From Chlorokybus atmophyticus (taxonomy: Eukaryota; Plantae; Mesostigma and Chlorokybus algae), in assembly GCA_009103225.1 (NCBI GenBank), contig RHPI01002503.1, positions 1,063,076-1,127,075 on the forward strand: a stretch of DNA of 64,000 bases, written 5' to 3'. The position numbers and the translations under genes were made by a program. Of the stretch, positions 39,432 to 53,356 are shown one piece after another. The first letter of the stretch is position 1. Every line of letters begins with the position of its first letter. The notes under the pieces were generated by a model. The model saw nothing but the letters and a program-made list of their open reading frames with translations. It did not search any database and had not been told where the DNA came from.

Positions 39432-39505
39432 TACGACGGCCGGGGTTCGATCCCGGGACCTCTAGTGTGTGAGACTAGCGTGATAACCAACTACACCACC
39501 ATCGC
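39432..39505 (-). tRNA. tRNA-Val (anticodon CAC)
   Basis: Complete cloverleaf: acceptor GCGATGG/CCGTCGT, anticodon arm CTAGT-CTCACAC-ACTAG, T arm CCGGG-ATCGAAC-CCCGG. Downstream TTTTT terminator and upstream AT-rich plus CAA elements. Confidence 0.95.
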
Positions 39506-39897
39506 GCAGATGTTGCTTCGTTACCAAATTTGCATATTATATTTTATTAAGTCAATTATAAAAGACGCTTTTCTTCTGTCGGCAACATGCATGACGACAT
39601 CGTCGTTGCCAACGACTCGTTGCTGCCTTCGCGCCCACTACTGCACCATCTGTTGCATGCGTCCAGCCGGCTGGCGTCGGAAAAGCTCGGCGAAGTCCCA
39701 AGCTGGCCAACGAGCACAGTCGTAGTCAGTCCAGCTGCATGCAAACCTGCGCTCATCCACATCCTCCACCCTCATCCTCACGCTCGCGCTGCGTGCCGCG
39801 GCGTCACCACCAAGTACGTGAGCGAGAGTGAGTGGGAGTGAGTGAGAATCAGAGACTGTGTAGGAGTAGGAGTCTCTCTCCTCTCCGCCTGCGCAGC

Positions 39898-41403
39898 ATG
39901 GCTGGACGCAGTAGCAGCAGCAGCAACAGCGTGGACCCCGTCTCCCGCGTTCAGTCCGCCGTGGAGAAGCTCCTGGACGACCTGGATGAGCCGGTCGTCA
40001 GGCCAATCACGGTGCGCATGACGATGAGGAGCATGATGAAGGGTTTATTGATTGACCACATGGTGCTTGCATGTGATCAGCGTGTGTTGCAACAGTAGTG
40101 ACATTAGCAGCGCAGTAAAGTACGCAGTGCATGGGTCAAAGCCGCTGGTGTACGTGATTAGAAAGACCAGAATTTCGTGCAAACTCAGCCACACCACGCT
40201 GCACATAATTCAAGATCACATGATTTGAGGTTACCATACACCTCAAGTCTATGCTGCAAGGGGAGCATGGAAGCTTCTTTGTCCCCAAACCATCCTCAAT
40301 CTTGCCAGTTTGCGTTGCGTCTACTCTGACTGCTACTTACTGCAAATGCTTTCAGAACTGCACGTAAGTATCTGAGCAAGTCACGTACCCACTGTCGTTT
40401 GTTAGCGTAGATATGTGACCTCATGTACAGTCGTTTTTGATCAAGATAGAACGTCTACGCCCATTCATTTTTACACATGTTATTGTTTGTGCTCCTACAC
40501 TAACATGAACAGCTGTACATGTGTGCATGTGGTCGTCCAGGGTCTCACACCCGGATACAAAACATCTATCTGTTATCTTACACCCGTTGTACGGCCATGG
40601 CAGCGTGGTATGTACGTGTGCGGGTTGAAGTGTTGCGACCAGCGTGGTGTCACGCGTCAGGAGCTGCGGCAATGTCTCGAGCGATGCAATTCGCCGCTCC
40701 AGACTGTCGAGCGTACCATCCAGGCGGAGCTCAACGTCTTCCAGGCAAGTGATGACTACGATTTGTGGTGTTGGGGTGAGAGGTTAGTTGTGTTGATGTT
40801 TTGTCGATCTGCAGGAAAGGCTGCAACGGTGCGTGCAGCAGTGCCAGGATGAGGCGCAGGACGCACTGCCTATTGGGCATCCGCCAAGCGAAGCGCAGGT
40901 GACACTTTTGTGGTTAGTTGTTGTTTTTGTTGGTTGCAGAATCAGATGAAGTGGCCATTGCGTTCTTACTGATCTGCATGCAAACCATGTGTGCTTGCAC
41001 AGGCACGCACAAATGTGCACATAGTCTTGCAGACGCGCATATGCACACACGCACACGCACAGACGCACACGTCTGTGCGTAAGAGCGCATATACGCAGCT
41101 GCATGTGCACGTCCTCGCACAAGCCTACGCACACATTCGCATGGGTGCGCATGCACAAACGCACAGGTGCCACGCACACACCCATGCGTGTATGCACACG
41201 CACACAAGTGTCATGCTATCTGTCTCGTTGCTTAACAATGTTCTGTTGGTTTCTTGTGTTGCCCACAGTTGAAGGCAGCTCAGGACCAGATGAACAGGTG
41301 CGTGTCACGCTGCGCAGACGGCCACATACGCAAGCTGCCCAACATTGCCGCAAGGATAAAAAATGTCGGGGACCAGTTCGATCCGGACCGACGACGCAAG
41401 TAG
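39898..41403 (+). CDS. FAM136A-family twin-CX3C protein
   Basis: Exons starting 39898, ~40603, 40815 and 41269 give CGLKCCD..CLERC..ELNVFQERLQRCVQQCQDEA..CVSRCAD. Confidence 0.85.
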
Positions 41404-43205
41404 CAAGCGTCAACGCAAAGCAGCGCACGCAAGTTACTTTCCTGTAGTTTGCACTCAATGCTCGCTGGAATACTCGCTGCACACAAGTTTATGTGCCATG
41501 TTGCATCAGACATTGCGATACACATCAGCTTGTTGTTATGTGCACATGCGCTGCAGGAATTGGCTGGCTACATCGGGCCTGCAACGCGCGACGTCCAAGC
41601 GGTTGTATGTGTGCATACTGAGAATGAGAGTTATGATGTCACCTCACACACATGCGAGTTGCAGTAACCCAGGTCGATGTCATGCTTTGTTTTACCCTTT
41701 GTTTGAGAGCCTATTGATTTCAGAGCCGATCACATGCATGTCTGCACGTAGTTCAGTTTTCCACATGACCAGCGTTGACAAGTCAAAACGTTATTGCGTC
41801 AGGTGAGGTGAAGCTTGCGTCTCCTGCTCTCGCTGATCCGTCCTTGTGTTGCCTTGCTTTGTTGCTTACAAGTGTTTGTACACGTTCGTGTGGTTGGCAC
41901 ATGACTGGCAGTATGCTCATGTTGTAGAGTAGGCCAAATGTTGGTGTGTCTGAGTAGCACACATTTTTCTGCTACGAAAGTCGACCTGTTGTTAGTGTAA
42001 CAGATAATCAGGCAATGTCTCAGATAAGGTGCGAGGCTATGCGCCATTGTGTTGATCGGTATACATGTCAGTGTGTATTTGCCTTCCCCCATGCAAAATA
42101 AAACATCAAAGGGGGGGGGGGGGGGGGGGGGGGNNNNNNNNNNNNNNNNNNNNNNNNNNNNNNNNNNNNNNNNNNNNNNNNNNNNNNNNNNNNNNNNNNN
42201 NNNNNNNNNNNNNNNNNNNNNNNNNNNNNNNNNNNNNNNNNNNNNNNNNNNNNNNNNNNNNNNNNNNNNNNNNNNNNNNNNNNNNNNNNNNNNNNNNNNN
42301 NGGGGGGGGGGGGCTTTTTAGGGAACTTTGTGGCAGATATCCTTATAACTATTGCTGCCAGACACATGTGGGCAGGTGATTACTTTGTGCATGCTTGTAT
42401 GACTGACGGGGAAGGCTAATAGTGGTAGCATAGATGGTGGACAGCAGCCCAGTGGTAAGTTGTATGAGCGTGAATGTTGGGTGAATGTCTGAATGGCATT
42501 CCATGCATCGCAGGCGCTGCAGTTGTTGTTGTGGCAGACATTGGTGGGGTTGGGGTGTAGAGGCGCGGGGGGAGGGAGCGATAGCACCACGCACAGCACT
42601 GCCACGCACTGCACAGCACAGCACTGCTACGTTCTGTACTGCGCGCCCTGTGACCACGGCACTCACCACCCTTTTCCTTTCCGTCCCCTTCGGCTGCTGC
42701 AGGTTGCTACACTATCCCTGCCATCTCCTTGCTACCCACTGCATTTGCACGCACGCACATAGGATAGTGGCTGAGCTAGTTGGTTGGCTTACAAACTTCT
42801 CCCCCCGGTCAAAGTTTTTGGTTGTCGTTGTCATGTGTATTGACTCGCTGGTTGTTTGTGCATGTTACCTCATACCATATGCATTGCAGCATACCACCTT
42901 CTGTACAACGAGGCACTCCATCGTGTAATCAAAGACCGATTGTATTGTATCAGTCGCAACCTCTTTCTATACACCAGCAATGGAGCAAAGCACTGGACCA
43001 ATCCAACAATACGTGTATACTGATGTACAAAGCGTGTGCTAATGAAACTCAAACCTCAAAGACTAATTACGCTAAGGTGAAAGGTAAGTGGGTTGGGCTT
43101 ATATTGCTCGCTCACGCTGGGCTACCTTGCAGCTGGCATCTACCTAGTTTGCTACTCCTTGCTAACTCACTACAGTGACGCGCACGATCGCAGCCTTTCT
43201 GCACA

Positions 43206-45340
43206 TCACACGCGCTGGAACTTGCTGTACCGAGTCAGTCCGGTAACTTCCAACCACCTGTAAGGATCAGCCTGTGCTTTAGGCGGCTTGAGTTTCAACA
43301 CTGCTTTCATTGCCTCCAGCATGGTTCGCTCCATTGGCCGTTTGCGGGTGCTGCCTTCAACCTGTGCAGAGTCACTTGCAGCCTTTGATGGTGGGGAAGG
43401 CCGCGAGCTGGTTGTTATTTGCACGAGTGCTGGTTCAGCGTGTTGCTGGTCGGCTGCCGGCCCCTGGCTCTGACATTGTTGAGCCATCTGATTGGGGCTG
43501 CTGGGGGCCAAGACCTGAGAGATTGTGCCAACTTCTTTCATGGACTGAACTGTCATGCCTTGAGACTGTGTGTTCTCCGTCGAGTCTGTGGGTGGCCTTA
43601 CACGCGGTTGACTGCTGGCTGACTTTGCTCTCTCAGCTGTTGCCTGTTCAGTGGCTGCCGGCACAGGTTTCTGAAGCTGTGGAGCCATCTCGGTAGGACT
43701 GCAGGGGGCCAAAACCTGAAGAATCGTGACAACTTCTTTCGTGGACCGATCTACTTTGCCTTCAGACCGTGTTGTCTGTGCGGACTCTGTGGGTGTTGAA
43801 ATTGCACGAGGTTGATCACTGGCTGACTTTGTCTCTGGGATTGTTTTTGAATCAGGTGTCCTAACCGTCACTGTCGTTGTCTTGACCATAGTGGATGCCG
43901 CATGCTCACGAGCCGGCGCGGATGCAGTCGATGTGCTGGGTGCTGCTGCTGCTGCTTCTGCCGCAGATGCAGCAGCACCAGCAGACAACAGAGCTGCTTC
44001 AAGCACTTTGCTCCCGATGCCCACGGGTGGCGATGGCCGCCACGCTGCTGGTTGTGAGCGAGTCTGCTGCTGCTGCTGCAAATGGTGCACATTGTCTGGG
44101 CTGCTGCTGCTTGTCTGCTTGTCTGCACCTTCCAGCTTGGTGGTTGCTGTGGCTGCTGGCGCAGATTGTGTTGACGCTGTTGGTTGATGGGAGACAGCCA
44201 CTGCACCTTGTGATGCCGTGGACTTTGTCTGCTTCGGTATGCTTGCGGGCTTTGTGCGCTGGTGTGGTGCATACAACTTCGACTGGGCGCCTTGAGCAAC
44301 TACAGCAACGGGAGCGTCGCTGTAGTTGCTCAATGCGGTCTGATCGGCGCCTCCAGCTTTGGAGCTGCCTGCAATCTGTGACTCGCTCAGCACCTGCGTG
44401 TCTTGAGTGTCGCGCGCCGGTCCCAGCGGTGAGGCCTTGTGTCGCGTGTCTGCGCCATCATCGTCGCGTGTTGCTTCATCATCGTCTTGAACGCCTGTTG
44501 TGAACCTTGATGGTTGAGACTCCGGAGTCTGGAAGAAGTCTTCAAAAGCGGGGGACATGTCGTGGGTGGGCGTCTCAGCCTGTGTTTGATACTGCCTTAC
44601 TTGCACACTGCAACGGGCAGATATAGTCAGAGCGAGAGAAAGCTAACCAGTGCAAGGGCTGAGTACAGCTGTCGGGCATGACAAGTACGCATGTGCACGC
44701 TTGTCATGGTAGACAACCGGGCTGGTACCTGTCATGAGACTTGCGGCCAGACATGCCCAAAAGGCGAGAGACCCCTGCAGATAACCTCGATAAAAAGCGT
44801 GGCTGTGTTGACGGATGGTTCTCAGAGGTGTCTTCCGCAGGTTCTGCCAATGGTGAAGCCTGAAGCCCAATGTGTTAATGACATGGAGACTTCAAGCAAA
44901 GTGCCTGTTTCGAACTGCATAGCAAGTTAATTACTTGTGGGTATGGTTCGTGTCCAACAAGATGTTGGTCACGGGCTTCAGCATTCTCCAGATCAACATC
45001 TCGTGGCTTGGCAGCTTGATGCTCTTCACTCCCACGCTGAACTGCTATTGGCAGAAGCACAGGAGGGTTCCCATGCATTGGAAACCCGCCTTGGGCCTGT
45101 TGGAAACAATACAGGTAATGTCAAACAAGTACCATGCAAGCGCACGCAGCATAGAACACAACTCTAGGTGACCAACCTTCGCATTGCTTCTTGATACAGT
45201 CCATGAAGCCCATGGGTTGATGGCGGGCTGTTCTGCTGCCTCTGGAGCAGCAGGCTGATCCCTTCGAGTGGTAGTCTCCTCCTGATCATCTGACTCCCAG
45301 CCTGCATAAGTGCCATACAATGCTTGCTTTCACGGCACAA
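43206..45340 (-). CDS. Uncharacterised low-complexity Ser/Thr/Ala/Gln-rich protein (partial model; may extend to ~46250)
   Basis: A 1.4-kb open frame (43206-44606) with an internal ~70-aa repeat, plus upstream segments ending in GT donors. No recognisable domain. Confidence 0.5.
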
Positions 45341-46864
45341 TGTCAATACGTCATCCATCCAACCAATGGCGCTGGCAGGGCAGTTGGGCTCACAATCTGG
45401 CCATGAACAACACGCACTGTCTGCAGGCAACTACTGTGCATGCATGACTAACAGGGTGCGGCAGTAGTAGCTGTAATTGGATGAGTGCTAAATAGGAAGG
45501 GGCACAGACGAGGTAAGTGGTTTGGTCCAGTGGTGAAGCATGCATGTGAGTTGCCTGCCAATGTGCATAACATGTGCGTGCGGTCCACTGTGCATGCTGC
45601 AATGTCACTTTGAGTTTACGTACACACTGGGGCGCTATACCTGGGAGGTTTGCCAGGATCTCCTGCTGCGATGCGCTGATCTCTCCTTCCCGCAGCAGCC
45701 GCTGCGCAAATGCAAGTTAGTAGCTGCATTGCACTCTTGAAGGTTGCGATCTGCGCTTAAGTTATGCAAGCATTGCCCTGGGATAGACAAGTGCTGCAAC
45801 TTCAGACACGCAGGCATGCAGCGCTTGCAGCGCACTTAACTCGACCTGTCTGGCTGATAATCCAACAAACCACCAAACAACACGCACAGAACACGAATTT
45901 CAACGACAGCGTGCCCCACAGCACGCACCCACGCTGCAAGCAACAACTTGGTGTGCATACGGCTATATAGGGCGATGTGTAACCGCGTGCAGGACAACAA
46001 GGCTAAGACTGCTGATATGCCTTCTGTTACTTGATGAAGAGCAAACTACCAAAGGGTCTGTGCAGCTCACTGGACATGCTTGTCGCCAAACTACACTAGT
46101 GTCATCTCGCGAGCGCACGCATTCGATATGATCCGCACGAAACTGGCCTTGCTACCATAAATCAACACACTTGCAGCTGTTGGAGGCTTTCCACCTGAGC
46201 TTACCTCGCGCAAGGCGGCAACGTCCTGGTCCTGGTGTAAACAGCTTGGAAGCGAAGTCATGTTGACTCACGACATTTTAAGCCTCTCAGCTGCTTACAG
46301 GTTGATTAAGTAAACCGTTATGGCTCCAATCCACGCACGCTCCAGACATCCCGCACAGCAGTAACGAGCAGAGCAAACACCGACCATACGCCCGTGTAGA
46401 TTGCGGCAATCCCGCTCGAAGCATGCATGGGTGAGCAGCAATGCTGTGCTAGCCTTGCGCCCTTCTCGCCAAGCAGAACATCAAGCCACCACGCAAGCGA
46501 CTAAGCGCAAGCTGACCACCAAGCTGGACGATCGCCTGCCAGCCAAGCAGACCGCACAGCACGAGCGGCGCCAAGCATGCGTCTCAGCTTTGCGTACCTC
46601 GACTCTATGAACCGTCAGATCAGCAACAATGGATGCAATGCGATGCGAAGCGTAAACGTCTCTACACAATTTGACCAAAGCTGTGACGGTTTCCACCCGC
46701 GTGTGCGATTGACTCTGTGTCCTAAGATCCTTGACAATCCAATGGCTGCATTTAGACGCATCATAGAGAGTTACGCAACAATTAGGCTAAGGGTAAAAAG
46801 TCGCTGGTTGTGGTCTAGTTGAGGCAGTGTGGCGGTGGCGGTGGCGGTGGCGGTGGCGGTGGCG

Positions 46865-48629
46865 ATGGCGACGGTGGCGGCAATGTCGCAGGGCGTAGGG
46901 GCGCCTACGACGCTGTCTGAGCTGTACGCGTCGGCGACGAGGCTGGTGCTGGAGCTGCGGGAGGGCGTGGAGAGGCTGGAGGTGGCGGGCTACAACTCCA
47001 ACTCTACGCATGCCGCCGTCGCCATGGGGGGCGGCGTTGGGGTTGGGCCGGGTTCAGGAGGGCTGGGCGAGCTCGCCCGGGAGTTGAGGATTAAGCTCGG
47101 CCAGCTGCAGAATGCCTCCGTTGAGATGGATCGCCTGTGGCGAACCGCAGCTGGCACCCGGGAAGGAGCCTCGCGAAAGGAAATCTGGAAACGGTAACGA
47201 ATGAATACGTCTACATTTGTGATGCCATGTGGTTACAATGCCGGCAAGCAAGCTGGCTTGACTGAACGAACCTACATACTACCAACTGTCGCACCGACAA
47301 TGTGCATACTGCCAATACAAGCCTCTACTGATGAAAGCGTGCATGCACTCTCGTAACATTTGAGTTCTTCCGGTTGGTTGGAAGGTTGGCATTATGTCTG
47401 GGTGGTATGTGGCTAAATCACAAGTGTTGCATTGTTTGTGCTGTCGGTAGGATTTCACAGCTTCCAGAGCTGCTTGTGATAAGAGCTTTGTAGCTTGCTC
47501 ACCTGCTGCTGCTGCTGCATATATCACTCATGCAGATTGTGAGATCAACTGTAGTCAGGATCGTGCATTGTGTCACAGTAGTCATACAGCGACTGCGAGA
47601 ACGGTCTAATTGACAAGTATGCTTGCAGTGAAACTCCGCCTGAGTCGTTCTAACATGCGTCGACTGTACAAAAGTGCGATTAGTATTGCAACAGCTTACA
47701 GTACAGTGGTGACCTCCATGTATTATCCATTACTTGCTTACCTTGAATATGGACTACTTGGCCCCATACTCAAATGAATGATAGTTGACGCAGGAAGGTG
47801 GAGCAGGTGGCGGAAGAGACAGACTCACTGCGCTTGGCACTGGACAAATTCATCTCCAGAGAGAACCGGCGCATTCGTGATGAGCAAGAGCGTCAGGACC
47901 TTCTAAGACGTGTGGTACACTCTAGTTTGCCAGTTGCATGCCCTCGCACTGTTATGCCAACCAGAATTGAAACAATTGTCAAGATGTTATGCCTGCGTTC
48001 ATTGCTGTTGACATTCAATTTATCATTGCGCTCATCTTGTGACTGTCATTGCATTGGACTAACAGCGATGCAAGCTTAACACTGCATGCAAACATTTCTC
48101 TCTCTGCTGCCACCATTCTACCGGCGCTGGCACAATGTACCATGGCTGATGCGTATGTTGGGTGCATGACAGGTGGATGACAAGCTCGATGGGTCAAGAT
48201 TAATGTCAGAGTACGATGAGGAAAATGCAGCTCGCTCTTCGGTGGCAAACTCCAGCCGCATGATTGAAGAAGCGTTTGCGACGGCCAGAGGCGTTCTCTC
48301 ATCTTATGCAGACCAAAGAGACAGACTAAAGGCAAGTTCGTTGCAAATGTATGTGGTGGTTCGTCCGTCGTGTTCATGTCGGGTGTTTCAGTCTGTGTTA
48401 CATATTGATGTTTGTTAGCGATTCTGTGCTTTTATATTAAGGGTCTTATCTTATTGTTGCGTGTGCGCAGTCTGCGCAGCGGAAAGTGTTTGATGTGTTG
48501 AACACTGTGGGCCTGTCAAGCGCGATGCTGCGGGTTATTGAGCGGCGACAAAGCATGGACAAGCTTCTGGTCTATGGTGGCATGCTGGTGACGCTAGCAG
48601 TTGTTCTCCTTATTTGGTTGTGGACGTGA
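46865..48629 (+). CDS. MEMB: Membrin (Qb-SNARE, GOSR2/Bos1 family)
   Basis: Four exons. KEIWKRKVEQVAEETDSLRLALDKF, SNARE motif ...QRDRLKSAQRKVFDVLNTVGLS..IERR, and a C-terminal TM helix. Confidence 0.92.
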
Positions 48630-51435
48630 GAGTATGCCGTTTGTAGTTGGTGTCATAGCTGTGTATAAGATTACAACTTGTATATCTGTGCATTTACCAT
48701 TGGTCAGCTGGTTAACAACATCGTTGTGCAGCCCTGGTTTCTCCCGTATATAAGGTATGGCATCTGTATTTATGTTTTGGCATAAACTCATGAACATGGT
48801 GCACCGAATCTGGAGTGTTGCACACCCTAAATGCAGATGCTGAGTGCAGCATGAAAACGATGTGATACTACACATCAATCAATATGTATGTTGGGTATTG
48901 TGACCACACTAAAGTCCTTGAGACACTGTTGCAGCCAAGAGACTGATCCGCAATCTCTAGAGTTCCAGGGTGTTGTGGTTAGAACATCATGCAGCGTCCG
49001 TATCTCTCAGCCAGGATGCCACAGTGTCCATCCGGTCACATAGGGTATAGCAAACACAAATCCCATGCCTTCATCACACACATTCACTCAAGCACGCTGT
49101 GACACACGCACACACGCACAAACCAACCAGCAAGCCAGAGCGTACCAATTGGTTACACAAAGCCAACAACTAAAAGAAATAAGGGGGCTGGGCTATGTGC
49201 AGTGCTGACTTATGACGGCTGCAGTAGCTTCCAGTAGCAGTGGTACCTGCAGCCGCAGGAGTCATATGTATCTCCCTCAACAGCAGTGGCATAACGCTAA
49301 CCAGCTCGCGAGCAATGATTGTATCAAGCAACAACCAGTGAGTTACAGGGACTTACGCGGTGCCCAAGTAAGTACAGGTAAGCACGCACATGAGGGGAGC
49401 AACTGGTCTGCCCTCATGCAGTCTTATAGGGGCTAGCAATGCTATGCTATGCTATTGCTGCTATTGCTGCTGCTTATGTTGTGTGTACGCACTGCAGAAA
49501 CACGTTACACCTTACAAACAGTTATCACATGCCTTGGGTAAAACTACAGTTGTAGTTTTCATCAGGTATTATAGGCCTTGAATACTGTAAAGATCAATGC
49601 ATTGACTTTTGTGGTCATCATAGCAAAAGATTGAAATGAAAATAATGCAAAAGTGAGTGCGGGTTGTAATTTATGTGTCTATGCGGTACTAAGTGATAGA
49701 GTGACACTTTCATTACGATGCTGTGCCTAATGTCGTAACTAGCGGCTTCTGCCTATTGTCTACTGTGCGCTAACTCACTAGGCTTCGCGCGCTGGCTGAC
49801 ACAACACATGAGACCAGCATCCCGCCGTCAAAGAATCATGAGGATTGGAGTGTGGCGGGGAAGGGAGCGGGCGTAGAGCACAGCACAACACAGCATACCA
49901 CGTCACATCACGTCTGCTTACTCCCGCCTCCTGCACGCACTCCGCTAACTGTGGCCTGTGCGCCTCAGGTTGGTTGCTTCGTACGTTGCCCTGCTACCGC
50001 TGCTGCCTGCCTCACACGCCCACCCACCCACTCATTGCATTGCACATACAAGCACTTAGCATAGTAGTGCCCCGGGTACAATGTGATTGTGCCAGCGTGT
50101 TTTGATTGCTTGAATCATTGTTGGCTTGTGACCTTGTGTGAGCTTGTATCATACATGATGTGCACGGACGGTGAGCATGTATGAAAGATGACTTATACCC
50201 TATGCACTGCGTGGTGCCCCTCAACAAATACCATGCACCGCATCATGTATCCGCTAATCACACACACATCCATGCCCACCAATTGTAAAGGGTAAGGGAT
50301 ATGTAGAAGTGAATGCATGGCCGTATGATGTATTACTAGCGACATGGCTGAATCACATTGTGACAAATCGCTATTGAAGCGACCCTAGCTCATGTCGTTG
50401 TTGCGGGAGTGAGAGCGCTTTAATTCTCGTTGGAACCTCGAAGCGAAGGCCCGACAAGTGTTGTCATTCACGGCATGTAATATCGCATGCTGTTCACGTA
50501 GTCGGGGGCTCAGTCGGGATGCAAGCACAAACAACTTACTGAAGTAGCTCGCAATGATACCAATATCAACTCGCTTTATATTTTATGGCAAGGGAACGTC
50601 CTGTAAGTGATGATGTTGAATACGTAGGTTGGACTGAACACGGGATTGCGTAAGTTACAAAGGATAAAACCCTCTATAAAGAAAGACGTGCAATAAGTGC
50701 AATTATTTATGCTCCATCCTCCGTTGACAATTCCCGAACATATGCGCTGTCACAAACTAGTAGCAGTAAACCCATGGCTAAAATGGACAATGGTAAAAAA
50801 CTCTGCAAGCAATAACAATCCGACTTTTCAACATTTGCCGCATGAGATGTCTTTATTATTAAACAGTTATAAGCAATACTGACCATCTTGTAGTGTCGTG
50901 CGTCGTGCCCAATGATGTGGTGTCTGATGGTGTTGTGCATAACATCACCACACATGTTTGGCGATGGCCGAGCGTGATGACCGAGTGAGTCTCTTGCAGT
51001 TGCAGCACTTATTAGCTCACAAATAGCGCGGGGGACGGNNNNNNNNNNNNNNNNNNNNNNNNNNNNNNNNNNNNNNNNNNNNNNNNNNNNNNNNNNNNNN
51101 NNNNNNNNNNNNNNNNNNNNNNNNNNNNNNNNNNNNNNNNNNNNNNNNNNNNNNNNNNNNNNNNNNNNNNNNNNNNNNNNNNNNNNNNNNNNNNNNNNNN
51201 NNNNNNNNNNNNNNNNNNNNNNNNNNNNNNNNNNNNNNNNNNNNNNNNNNNNNNNNNNNNNNNNNNNNNNNNNNNNNNNNNNNNNNNNNNNNNNNNNNNN
51301 NNNNNNNNNNNNNNNNNNNNNNNNNNNNNNNNNNNNNNNNNNNNNNNNNNNNNNNNNNNNNNNNNNNNNNNNNNNNNNNNNNNNNNNNNNNNNNNNNNNN
51401 NNNNNNNNNNNNNNNNNNNNNNNNNNNNNNNNNNN

Positions 51436-51468
<33 letters not shown>

Positions 51469-51844
51469 AATTTCCCTTTGTATATGCCTAAGTGCGCATA
51501 GTCATTGCAAGTTGAGAAGACAGATTGATCAATGCTCAACTAAATGGCGCAATTATGCGCATTACCAAAAATGGCTAGGCGGAATGCAATGTCTTGAGAT
51601 GTAGCATCAAACCTTGCGGCTTGCTCTCTTCACCGTCCGTGCCACCTAGAGACATCCACACTAGTATGTTCAGAGCCACAGAAGGCAAGCACAGCGTGCA
51701 TGCATGATGATGCCACCTGTTGCATTGGCAACAGTGGGGGGTATCTACACAAAGCATTCGTAATGCACCATAGAAGACAAGCACAGCGTTCATTAGCACA
51801 CCCGAGGCCTCCTACCCTTATTAAGGGCACAGCGTGCATGCATG

Positions 51845-53220
51845 CAAGGGACAGATTGGGTCTGAATGAGGAAGCTGCTCCTGGCACATTCTGAATTACA
51901 AACTTGACCTGGCTTGCAAGCAGCAGACGTCGGACGAGCGGTATCATATTCTGGTGTCTCCAGGATGTGCCATGTGCCGCCCGTTGAGGTGCTGGGATAG
52001 CACCTGAATAGGCCTAGCATGGTGGACTGGCCCAGATGAGTTCGTACTCGCTCAGCTCTCCTACACTCAGGGTGCATACTTCGCGGTGTATGAAGGGCAG
52101 CGGGTACTCAGAGAAGGGACTTATGTCCATCCCGGTCACGTCAAAGCCTGCGTGGTATAGACCGACACTGGCACCGCCACCGCTGCAGAATAGGTCGAGT
52201 GCCCTTGGTCTGCGTGTGCGTCCCAGCTTGTTGTAAAATGGCGTGTATGTGGTCAAGGCTGGCCGTGGTGCTGGCCAGGGACTAACAATGATGCCGTCCG
52301 GGCTTACTTTGCGACTGACGTTCTCCCCTCCGGCGCGCAGATTATGGCGTGCCCCGTCAACTGATGTGTACGCGAATACGTTGTGCCCTTTGAAGTTGAT
52401 GGTTTGTGGTCGATCACCGTCATCGAATACTATACGGTGCTGCCCTGCAAAGACATTTTCCATTGCACCATGCATATATGATGCGTCCTCAATCTCGCAC
52501 GCCACGAAGCGATGCTGACCTAACGCTTGCTTGAATGATTCCACAACGCCCGCATACCATTCCCCATCCAGCGGCCAATGCACCATGACACTCACACCGA
52601 TCAGCTGCTCGCATCCCAACTTAACTGCGTTCCGCAGCCGATGCAGTGCGCTGTCCAACGGTTGATGGTCTGCCTCCTCTACAGCGGCCAGGGGATGGAA
52701 CTGCCCACGCCCACACCGTGCAAGACTGCTCTGAATGCGACAACAGCTTCAACATGCATGAATTAAGCATACGCCCAACATAACATGCAGTGATACGTCG
52801 CGGTCCACTCTTGTGGATTACCTCCACAGCATCCACCACCTGTCCACTAACCACATGTCCCGGTGTTGTCCATGTGAAGAAGCGCATGGGTTCCCCTCGC
52901 CACTCGAAGCATGAGCGCGAGCACGATTCGCATATGCACTGCACGCAATGGAAAAACTTGGGTTCCTTGCACAGTACTTTGCCGAGGCGGCAGCCAAACA
53001 CGTCGACATTGTGTGTGGTGTGATGCCAGCAAGCAGCACTCAAACCGTGGCCTACCGTTTGCACTCGCTGGCATTCGGTCAAGTGTGCTCGCATTTGCTG
53101 CCTACGGTCATTGACACATACGTACGCATTGCGTTGTGGGCACACCAAGCATGGTCTCCTAAGAGAGGGGGATTCAATTGCTGCCGCCGACATCATGCAA
53201 AACATGAATCGGCTGCCCAC
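51845..53220 (-). pseudogene. Cys-rich plus Tudor-like domain fused to a cytosine-5 DNA methyltransferase (motifs I-VI), truncated
   Basis: LIGVSVMVHWPLDGEWYAGVVESF..HRIVFDDGD (Tudor; 75-nt intron 52519-52445), RALDLFCSGGG (motif I), IWASPPC*AYS (motif IV, stop at 52014) and, in the same frame, FVIQNVPGA (motif VI). Confidence 0.82.
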
Positions 53221-53316
53221 AAACTGAGCGAGACTTTAGGGTATGGGCATCAATTTGGGGTTGCCAGCTTACAAACCCTAAATGAGTCACACTTTAGGAA
53301 GCACGACTATACCATG

Positions 53317-53356
53317 GACGGTATTACAGTACCATGCAAAGTACTGTAATACCGTC
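53317..53356. repeat. Perfect 16-bp hairpin
   Basis: GACGGTATTACAGTAC-catgcaaa-GTACTGTAATACCGTC. Confidence 0.9.
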
